The position numbers and the translations under genes are program-made. Source: Saccostrea cucullata (lineage: Eukaryota). From it: DNA of 64,000 nt. Shown here piece after piece: positions 33,004 to 44,300 of the stretch. A model generated the notes under the pieces. It was not told the DNA's origin, searched no databases, and saw nothing but the letters and a program-made list of their open reading frames with translations. Where the stretch lies: the NCBI RefSeq assembly GCF_032062105.1, contig NW_026935546.1:1-64000 (forward strand), in the 5' to 3' direction. How positions within the stretch are numbered: position 1 is the first letter of the stretch; each line of letters starts with the position of its first letter.

Positions 33004-35760
33004 ATGCCTGGGATCAACGTAGTGTCAACTGTTGCTGGGGCTGAATCGGTGGTGAGGCGATTACTGTGTGAACCTGTAGTAGCTGTCTCCTGTCAGGGAA
33101 CAAGGCATATAAGTAAGATATCTAACAATTTAGTAGAAAAAGAATTTGGGATCTGAAATATTTTATATCATTTTATTTTTTTATATATAAATACCAGTTG
33201 TCTATACAGAAATACGCCTTTTGAAGTTGAATGTATTTATTATATCATAAGCTTTGATTTCCTCATCTTCTAAAATCAAAATTCTAGTACAGGTTGTTCT
33301 TTTGTGACCTTCATTCTACGAAAAAGCAAATAAAAATCAGAATTGAATTTAATGATCAGAATTATTCATGTTGATTTATTTTCTGTCTAAACCTTTTATA
33401 GATGTATTAACGTCTGTGACTACTTGTATTCCTTCCGGAGATGTGTTCGTGTTCGATGTGAAATCTTGTCCAAACATCGTATTGGATGGTGGTCTCATAC
33501 GGCTGTTTCAGTCTGTAGAACTAGTAAAGGTACCAGTAAATTGTCTGCTTTTAATATTTTTACTTTTTTTATTCACAACAGTAATGCGTCATGCATGGGG
33601 GTTTTTTTTGTCCTTCATTATGTTTTTTCCTAATTGAAGGTGTTTCATGACGTAAGCATTGCCAGCAAATTTCTTCATCCATACGGCATAAAAATACGCC
33701 ATTATTTTGACACTCAGGTTAGATTTAGAATTATTAAATTGTAAATGGAATTCATGTTGAGCAAAAAGTATATTATGAAATGATATCAAAATACGATTGT
33801 TTAGGTCGGCTACTCCGTTCTTCTGGAACAAAAAGGATTTCCGCCAAGAAAGATAACTCTAGATCAGCTTTGTAAAAAGTTTCAGATCAACCTACCGGCT
33901 TCAGATTCCCATGAACAGGTGAAGTTAACTCTTTTGTACTCTGTAATCAAATCAAATCAACACTCAAATGTAATTATTTCAGGTTCCTAAACCACCTTGT
34001 TAGAGAGGAAACTCTCAATGGCATTATTGACTATTTTAACTTAGAAAAAGAGGTACTAGTAACTTCTGGACCAATTTTTTTTAAACAATGCTTGCTGAAA
34101 TTACCATTTCAATTATGTTTTTAGATTTATTCAGAAAAAAACAAGTATATACTGACAAAACGTCAGAGATACTCAAGCTGTAGAAAGTCAACTAGGAAGT
34201 GTCATTAATATCCTAAAATGGTATAAGATGAGGGCTATTGAGTTTAATCTTCTGTTGAATAAAATACATGTACATAAAAAAATTCTTATATTGAATTTAA
34301 TGAGAATAAATATAATTAATCGTATTACTTTTTAAGATGAATTTACGTTACTCACTTTCAGGAATATTTTATAAAGCATACTAGCCGTTTCTTAATTTAT
34401 TGAAATATTTTTTATGGCGATATACTTCAAACTATATATATACTTTTTTTTATTTCTGCTTAATGAAGTACATCGATCACAATTTAATATACATCGATCC
34501 AAATAGATTGTTACAAGCTTACAGGTAGAAACGTTTTTCAAAGTGGATTGGGGGGGGGGGGGGGGCGCCCGAGTAGGTTCGGCTCCAAAAAATCCACGTT
34601 CACGATCGCGGGTTCATCTGTGCAGCATGTCTAATAAATATTCCTTACGAATCCAAAAGAAGTTACATGTATATAGGTTTCGTTACCAAAGCTAAAGATA
34701 ACTAGTGCGATATTTTGAAATTTAAAAAAAACGTACGAGGGAGAATTTAACATTAATGTGCTATATTATTTTACTGTCACTCAAAGTGCTCATGCACTTC
34801 ATTCTCAGGCCCGTAGAAAGCAATTTCAATATGGGGTTACAACCATACATTTTCTGGCCATGCATAGTAGAATTTGTTAACGATGGTGTGCCCTGTGTCA
34901 CCTTTCAGAGTAAACAGTGGACTCGTCCAAAGATGCTTTGTCAGCGTCTGTGAAAGTTACCTGAGATTCCTACGCAAAGGAAAGCGCGAAATCTCTGTAT
35001 AGAAACTGTTGCGGCTGCGGAGCTTTACTCATGGTTCATTCGCCATAGAAAAGAATCCGACATTTAAAGCTTAATATCTTTGAATATACAGACTTTTTCA
35101 AGATAAGCTTCATTTTTGTTTCTAGAGATATTTTTATCTATAAAAATAATATTTTTTCATGTATTTTAACTGAGTAAATCGATGACCTAGCATCGTTTTA
35201 GATAACTCAAGCCCCTCTAGGGCTTGAGTAATTAGCATATAAGCAAAATTTTATTTTGTTTAGAGATGAATTTTGAATCTTCAGTCATGTATATCTTATT
35301 CATGGTTTCAGAAAAAAATGAATGATGATGTGAATTACTGGGCAAAGCGACCTTTGTCAAAATCGATGTTACATCTGTGTGCTACATCTGTGATGTCATT
35401 AGAACCTTTGTATACCTGTCTAGCCAGGTAATAAATAAATATTTGACTTATAAGGCATAAAACGAGCAAAATAGTTTATGAAGTTTAGCTGAATGCTTAC
35501 AATATACATGTAGAATAAACTCTCTCCATTTTTTCGTTTCTTCCTTCAGTCAGTTGGATCCGCACATGTGGGAGTGGTTTGACTGTATGAGTGAGGAGAA
35601 CCGTCTGTCGCGGATTCAGAGGAGACGGATCCAGTCGGTGAAGTCCGCCAGGAGGAGCCAGCAGTTTGTTGAGCACCTGTACGAGTACCCCGTGACGGAA
35701 CTTACAGAGGAAGAACGACAACTCCTGTCCAACACACTACCGGAGTCTCATCCCGACTAA
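33004..35760 (+). CDS. EXD1/Egalitarian-like 3'-5' exonuclease-domain protein (251 aa), predicted catalytically inactive
   Basis: Six exons with consistent phases: 33004-33112, 33402-33529, 33640-33717, 33805-33918, 35312-35427, 35550-35760 (756 nt). Translation: MPGINVVSTVAGAESVVRRLLCEPVVAVSCQG...SGDVFVFDVKSCPNIVLDGGLIRLFQSVELVKVFHDVSIASKFLHPYGIKIRHYFDTQVGYSVLLEQKGFPPRKITLDQLCKKF...NYWAKRPLSKSMLHLCATSVMSLEPLY...; the VFVFDV, KVFHD, FDTQ and WxxRPL motifs match the Egl/EXD1 exonuclease fold. Confidence 0.85.
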
Positions 35761-37339
35761 ATGATGTCTGATAAATTATTGTATTAAACTTGAACATTAA
35801 AAAATAATACAGTTTCTTTAATGTATAAGAAATTATTGAACGAAATTTGATCAGAATTTAGTTACCAGTATCAATCTTCCTTATTTTATTAAAGTTCCTG
35901 AAGAATTTATTATTTTAGTATTGGCGATTGTAGTAATACGTGTTCTATTAATATGATAATAGTAATATTTGCTTTTAAGCTTCTTATATTGGGATGCTTT
36001 GTGCTATTTTCTTCCTTTCCACGTTAAACATTAAATATTGTTAATTATCATACTGAAAGACGTATCAAGATTTTGATTTGTTTACCAGTATGTAAGTAAT
36101 ACCCTATTTGTTACTGTACACTTTAGTCCTTTGCAAGATGATCAACCTTTGGTCATGATGTATAAAGTGATAACCCAGACGTATTTTATATATGTGCAAT
36201 AAAGTCATGTCTTTATCTGTATATTATTTCTTAATGTAATCACTGGTCAAATGATTGAGGGACCCTACTCCCTGCTGTGCCCCACCCCCATGGAGAGATG
36301 TACATAACGTTCACCCCGCGTCCAGGAAGTGAGGGCCCTGAAACAAATACTTTGTAGTATACACTATTTAACACGATAGTTCTCCCATTACATGATAAAT
36401 GCATGTACACAATATTTGTCGTCATCCTATGTGACATATAAATTAATGAACGTGCTTTGCCTTCTGAGTTGCTTAATGTGAATTTTTCACTGAATCACGA
36501 CAATGAGTTACCTCCCAGCCCCTCGTTCTGTCGGCAGCTCCGTGTTTACCACTACACAGAGTGGCATGAAGTCTGAAGACGCCAGTTAAAGTGGGCGTTG
36601 CCCCCCTCTCCACTTCCTCCTGGTGTTGTTAATTGAATGGAGAGATTGATATTGAGAGTTAACTTCCCCCGGATGACCCTCTTAATAGACTTTGCTGTCT
36701 AACACTTTTTAAATGCGTACATTTAAGGATGTTTATTTCTTACAAAGTCATGGATTTCATCGTCGGAGGTTAAAAAAGATGATTCACTGGAGTTAACCCC
36801 TTCCCCTTCCATCGATTTCTTCGATACTGATGATTTTTCAACACGTTTGCTAACGCAGAAGCGTTGCGTTATGTAATTTTACTGTAAAACTATGAGATCG
36901 AGGTGAAAAGAAAAAAAAAGAAGTTGCACTGACAGCGAGGAAAACTGCCTTTTCGTGCGGAAACCTTTCCTGTCTATGTTGGATATCACTTCCGACAAAA
37001 ACTGAAAAAGTACAAACAAAGATGCACCGTTGTTCATCTTACTGCTCCTAAGTACATCCACAGCGTATTCCTAGGACGAACTGCTGCCAGCAGCCCACTG
37101 TATACTAGATACTTCCCTAGGAAGATGCAAACACGAAGAGAGAGAAGTATGCAGTGGTCTGCCGACAGTCGGCAATTCCGGCTCGGCAAAATTCAGGTTG
37201 CCGACATGCAGTCGGACGAGGTAGGCATACTCCAGCTTTCTTCAGTGACTGTTGCTCGTATTTATTGCTATGCTTAAAAATGGCAGACTGGCGTTTTTCA
37301 TACTTAATGTCAGGCCCTTATTTACAAACTGAATATTAT

Positions 37340-37700
37340 TGTTGACGGATTTTTCTGTTATTTCCCGATCATGACAGAAAGCACACGGCAGGTGTGATCG
37401 GTCGGCAGGAGATGCTCACTCCTCATAGGCGTCCGAATCGGAAGGGCTAGGGGGGCTTAGCCCCACCCCCCACTTTTTTTTTTTTGCAAAAATAGACATT
37501 GAAAATTGGGATTTACCTTTTTTTGTTGGTTTAGCCCCCCCCCCCCTCCTTTCAATTTGCTTCCGACGCCCATGCTCCCCCATAGCACCTGATCCCTAAT
37601 CTGATTTTAGAGGGTTTTTTTGTCTTTCTCCAAAATGTTTTTTTAATGGACTTTTTAGCTTGAGTACAGTTCGTTATCTACACATACCCAGTATTTCATG
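37340..37700 (+). mobile_element. Penelope-like (Naiad-type) 3'-end fragment interrupted by a ~150-bp GC-rich MITE (~37424-37574)
   Basis: GCACACGGCAGGTGTGATCGGTCGGCAGGAGATGCTCACTCCT|CATAGGCGTC...GACGCCCATG|CTCCCCCATAGCACCTGATCCC is the same motif as at 17990-18085. The MITE has short TIRs and a near 5-bp TSD (CTCCT/CTCCC). Confidence 0.7.
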
Positions 37701-40029
37701 CTAAAGAATAATACAGGCATGACCATCATTCTTCTTTTCCCCTAACCTTACCCGATTTTAAGTTTGAGTAGGTTGATACTAGTAGGTAAATGAATTTATT
37801 TTCTTACGGATACTATGAAAATGCACGCAGTCTAAAATTCAGTTACTTCAAAAATTAAAATATCGTAACAGAGGTTTGATACCCGTTTAAGTTGTTCAAA
37901 TGCACTAAAGGTTTTCAGTACCTGGACTGGCAAACTGCCTTTTTAAGGGCCTTTTGAAACGCAGTGGTTCTCAAGTCACATCGTTGGGAGTTAATCCTTT
38001 TTTACTGATTCCAAGAGGCCAAATTTTTTCAATACCAACTTATTTCCATACCAATTGTTTTGCATATTAAGGTACATAACCCTAATTTCAATTTACTGTA
38101 GCACAAAGTGAGGGGGGGGACCAGCCTTTCACCGAACATTTTCAATAGTAAAAGTTATGTTGGGAGAAAAAGTGGGGGGGGGGGTCCTGTTTGTTGCTAC
38201 GTGCCTGAAAGGCAGAGTATTCGGAACATTAGATATTGATTTTTCTTACATTATTAGCGTCTTCGTTGAAATATTGTTGGACCCCAATTTCTCCTGATTT
38301 TACTTGTAATAATTGACCCATTTTGATTTAAAATTTATAAATGCACAATAACAAAGTTAGAATTCGTCATTTTGTCCCATGGACTACTCATATCTCCACA
38401 TTTTTTGTAGTTTGTATGTAAGTTTAATTGTCCTTATACACGATTATCTTGGAAAAATAAAAGCTTTAAATAAAAACAAAATATATCATGGGTTTTTTTC
38501 TGTAAAGTCGATATACATTGTATACCGTTTAATTTCAATATTTTTGCCATGTCATGTATCTTTAAGAAAAATGTTTATTAGTGAATTCAATTCACTGTTG
38601 TTCACTTAGTTTGGGAAAATATGTGCAATTTCTTTTTCAATTTCTTAGTCTCTGTCCAATATAATATAGATATGAACAATTTAGTTGGTGTCATTGACTA
38701 TTGATCGAGTTTCAATCATGTCATTTTACATCAAAGGGCAGATTACTCTAACTGCATTAAGCTAGCAAGGTCTGTAGTGTCCTTAGGCTATCAATTTCTC
38801 AGTCTGCATTTTTTTTTATTAAGCTTATCATTACACTTATTTAAAGCTTTGTGCTCCTGACATCTCATCATTTTCATTTCATTAATTTCTTCATGTAACG
38901 ACCTAAAATTCTTCTGTACTACGAACATGTTTCATTAGTTTGTACATTGTAAACTATTTTCAAAGAAACCAGTCAAGAGAGGGAAATATTGTTATGTCAA
39001 CAGAAACATAAAAGATTTTAATATTGCTGTTTTTTTTTATGTATCATTAACAAACTCGAGATATCACGTGCGTTCTTTCATTTCTTTTACATCAAAAGAA
39101 AAAGAAAAGATTGGGATAAAGAAAAACCATTCAGTGTCATATCTGAGCTTTCTTTGTTCTATCTGAATGATATTTGACATTGGGGAAACAATTAATGTTT
39201 TTGTCGCAGTAAATAGAAATGTTATACGCAATTATTTCTTCTTGGTGGTTCAGGGTGTCAAAATAAGTTTGTAATGGCGGGGGGCATCATAATATATAAC
39301 GTACTACACTAAATTAAAAGTGATTAGCATTGTGCACATGGGTCAAACATACTGGTTTCCCTAATATTTACATTTTATACTTTTTTTAAAAATATATTTT
39401 ACGTTATAAAGCTTTGCCATTTGAATCCACTTAATATTCCAAAAAAAAAGTTTCTTTAGCTTAAAGGGCATAGTCAAGGTCACATGGTCATTAAACTTGT
39501 TATTTGAAAGAGCTTAATTAGTGGAATGTGCATTCTAAATATGAAGTCCCTATCTTTCATGATTCAAAAGTTATGGCGAAGGTTCGAAAAAACTATTTTT
39601 AGCATAAAGTAACAGTCAAGGTCACAAGGTCATTGATCTTGGTATCATTTGAAAGAGCTTAATTAGTGGAGTATGCATTCCAAATATGAAGTCTCTATAT
39701 TTCTCTCATGTAAATATTTTTACCAACAAACAGACAGAGAGCTCTCAGGACAAAAAAATATGTGAACCATTTTATACCTCTCATGTGTATTGAAGCATTT
39801 TATACTTCTTACATGCATTAGATCAAATGATCTATGTGAAAGGTGAAGATCTCAAAAGATCTATAAACAATTAATAATACAAATATGTGAAGAGAGCATA
39901 AAACACACACCTATGCCAAGATATGCATAATATTATGCATTGAAAATTGGGGTTTACATTTTTTTGGTCCCCCCCCCCCCACTTTAAATTTGCTTCCGAC
40001 GCCTAGATACAAATAGCCTATATGTATAT

Positions 40030-40330
40030 GAATTAAGAGGGCATAAAACACGGACCAATGTAAAATTCTATAGGATCAGGTGCCTCGGAGGAGAAATCAT
40101 TCCCTGTTGACAAGTCTCACCCACCTTGAGCCCTATATATTGAACAGGTATACGGAACTTTCCGTTAATTCAAGATTTAAACAAAGGCCTAAACAGGTCA
40201 GTCAAAATACGAGGGACTGTGATACTCATAGGTTATATTTGCTAACATGGTCATTATAACGATCATAATATTTACAAAATGCCGAGGTTATTAAAAACTG
40301 TTTTCTGTGATAATCACGAATCGTAAGTCG
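40030..40330 (-). mobile_element. Penelope-like (Naiad-type) 3'-end fragment
   Basis: AAACACGGACC...GGATCAGGTGCCTCGGAGGAGAAATCATTCCCTGTTGACAAGTCTCACCC is homologous to 17995-18075. Confidence 0.65.
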
Positions 40331-41377
40331 TTAATAAGGAAACAATGTATGCAGTGCCTTTTGCATTCGAACAACCTCTCTGGCTCACCCACCAGGGGCG
40401 AAGCCAGGGTACTTTTGATGTGGATTTAAAACTAAGGCCCCCGCTGGGTTAATGGTGGTTATGAAGCTAGTGAATGTTCGACGATTTCGATGTATCAAAT
40501 CGACCGTCTTGATCGCAAGTCTTCACGCTATATGTTTGATACACAATATATGCCTTTTGCATCGTTTTTGCACAAAACACTCAAAAAATGAGAAAGGATC
40601 TATCCAATATAGATGTATTCCTAGAAAGTTAAATTTTAAAAATTTAGAATGTATTGTATTTTATTTCAGGAAAAAAGCAGCAATATTCAATTGATATGCC
40701 ATCGCATCTTTCCTTTAAAACTGATTTCATCATCCTGTTCGTTTTCATTTCTTTCTTTCGTGATTCTAAATTGTATTTTTTTTTCATTTTTCATTTATTT
40801 TATTGCAAAATGATATGTATGCTTTAAGAGACATACGCCTGTCCCCTCTCTCTCTCTCTCTCGGCTCCTTTTATTCCAAAAATGATGTGGACGTTTGCGC
40901 GTCACAGTACAAACGTACGCCTGGCTACGCGCCTGCCCACCCTACTCCCAGCAGATCTCCTCGGGAACCGCTTTAATTAGATCGAATCTGACTCCCCTAC
41001 CCTTAAAATATAGTTAGATGTTCTATCGTTAAAATGACCTGGCTATAAATGGATCTCCAAAGTTCGAAACACAGTTTATGTAGATTAGTCTAATGTGACC
41101 TTTAAAAAAATTCATCCATGCTACAAATTTTCAAATTTTTTAACTTAAATTTATTTTCATAAATTTTAACTTAAAGATTTTTCTCTTAACCGATATATAT
41201 ACACACACCCTCCTGAGTTCATATTTGTGTAATTTAAAATTTCGCGCCTAAAGTTATAATTTCAGCCAATGGCTGCATTTCAAAATTTCACTGCTGTGCA
41301 TAAGGAAGGAAATTTTCACTTCCTGGATTACGATGACGAGTTTGTAAGTAGGTAGGGTAGTGTGAATCAAGCGAGTA

Positions 41378-44300
41378 ATGTTAACAGGAAGTCAGCTGGA
41401 TGCAGAAGATCGTGTTTATTCGGAGCCTTTCAGCCATCTCCCCACGAGTCTGCAAAAAGCAATCAGTGACAACGACTTAAAATCCGAGAAAAGGCCTATA
41501 CGCCGCACTCAAAACAGAATTGCTTTCAAAGACACACGAACATCAGTCCCCCATAAAGCCGAGGCAGAGCCCGCTAAACACGATCTGTCTGACCCCCCCT
41601 CCCCCGAGCATGAGGTGGGGGCGGAGGGGGAGGGGCCCCTAACACAGAGTAGTCAAGATGGTGAAGGGTGCTTTTCCTGGTTACCTGGCGACAAGGTATA
41701 CCGGCTCATTTCCCTCCCTATTTATTTCCTTCCCTTTTATTTTATAGATAACAAACATTTAATATCAGTAGAAAATGACACAGGAAATTACAGTCAGTTT
41801 AGATGGAAATTAAGGATTAATGTTTTAAAAATAGGTGGGCATGCGTGTACATGTAGTCCTAATAAACATGATGAAAATATAGTACATATGGACTGAAAAG
41901 CAATGTTATGTTAGTGCACCTGTGTAAAAATATTTTCATTTGGTCATGGAATAAATTATTGTGTACAGTATTTGAACAAATTAATTTCCTGTGTCATAAA
42001 ACAAGACAAGTAATTATTTAACATGGACATATAATGCATTTCTGTGTGAGCATTAGATAACAAAGGTGTCCTAATTAAACTATACCCATGTACTTTTAAT
42101 TCTGACACACTACTGTAGAATTTAGTGTTTGTATATTAACCATGCATTTATATAGTTTCCTTCCTTTAACAACTAAAATTTAACCTTGCCAGGTTAACTA
42201 AGTACACCACCCCTAAGGCACATAACATATAAATGTGTGTCACCCAGGCTTTACTAACTTACGTATAATATACTTTTAGAAGTACATGTACAGTTTGTTT
42301 TTGAAGACTTCTTTGATACTTGTGAGTCATATGTTTACTAAATATGACTAAAAAAAATTAACAGTGCTCTCTGTAAATTGAATGTTTACCAACTTTATAT
42401 TTTTAGCTGCTAGTATATTGATCATTTATATTTTAGTAATGGTCATATGATAAACAATCATACGATATTTACAGTCGAAAACATGGTGTGAACTGAGATG
42501 ACTTTTCAGATATTATGGTAACTACGTCACGGGGCTGATATTGTAAAGTGGGTCGGAAGACGGCCAAACATGCTTTAGTGAAGGGTTACATCATATATCG
42601 CTGCATCCTCTCCCAAAAACACTCTAATTCAAGTGTTTGTGGCAATTTGTACCAAGATACTTTTAAGAAAAACAAAATCATATAGTGTAGGCTATTTTTA
42701 TACAACAGTACAGATATACTCTACCGATATTTTTTGTAAGATAAGTAATTGTTTCCTAAGAATAGCTCTGTGATGTCATCGAGTTTGCTGGTGATCTTGA
42801 TATAAATGAGTCTGCCTCTACTACTATTGTTTTATTTACTTCACCTGTTACTAAGCATCTGGTACTATCACCGATGAAAGGGAAAAAAATTGTGGGATTA
42901 AGCTTTGTGCCAAGATGTACATGTTCCCATAAAGTAAGCATTATGTTTCGCCTTGTATAGGCCTATACTGTAAACCAATTATTATTTGTGTCATCTTTTA
43001 TTCGCAATTCATCAGATTCAAATTATTCCACAACGATGAATTTCTGCGACTGGAAAAACATTCTTTACAAATGCAAAGCAAAATAATTGCTTCACAATCG
43101 TTAAAATTCGCAAGTTAAATGAGTTTGTGAAACTAGCAGATATTTCTTGTACATGAATAAAAATTGGTTTACAGTACTTGCATGAACAAAAAGAAAAAAA
43201 AAGATTTTTACCAAGATATATAAAACATATTATTAAAAATTTCTACCATCTCATCTTCACCAACACTCATCATCTTGTATTTGTCATTCTTATGATTGGA
43301 AAATGTTTATTAAAAGCCACTATTTACTGTAGATCACTAAATTTTCAAACCTTATTTTGGATAGTCATTGACTCTTTATTATAAATGTTTTCACGAATTT
43401 TTGTTTTTGAATATAAACATCGTAAGAAAATAGTTTTAAACGCATGGTGAAATATATACAAAATATTTCTGTATATATTCAAAAAGTAATGGTATGAAAG
43501 ATGAATATGTGAATTTCAAAAAGTTAAATGGGGGATGTAAATAAGTGAACAGCATATCTCTTGCATTCCTAGAGCAGATGTGGATCAAGCAATTTTTTCC
43601 AGTGGGATCCACCCCATTAAAAAAATTTCAACCCAAAAATTTTCTTGACAAGCAAAAAAAAGAAAAGAAAAAACATGTAAACTCCTATTCAAAAGTAAGG
43701 GAGGAGGGGGAGGATGGTGGTTCTTGACTTCTAAATCATTTTCATACCTATTACTTTCTAAAGGGTGTTTTCATTCACTTTTACTTGAATTAGTATATAC
43801 ATTTCATAACTCGGCAAATTCCGGGAAAGGGGGGGGTCTGCCCGCAACCCCTCTCTTGATTCACAAATGCCTACAGAACCCTTGTCTCCATCCTCACAGA
43901 AAAAGATCCTCAATTTATGTTCATAATAGAAAACAATATTTCCCCCCTTGCATTGTAGTTCTTAGAAAGCAAATTACTATTTCATTATATCATGAATTTA
44001 TTGGGGCATTTCAGCTATCTGTTTGTTGTAGAATAAAAAAACAACAACAACAAACAAACAAAAAAAAGGATAGATTTAGATTCAAAGATCTTAAGAGATT
44101 TCAAATAGGAATTTCAGAAAACATTCAGAACAGCCAATAAGTCCTATTTTTCCTGAATTTTAATAGTCTTTCAGTTTCTACTTTGTTCCTATTTTTTGTT
44201 CTCCCAATCAGCAGAATCCATTAGATGTGCAGATTTATTTCAGGGAATTACCTCAAATGACAATGAATGGGCTGACACTAAAAGGTCTTCCCCAAAAATC

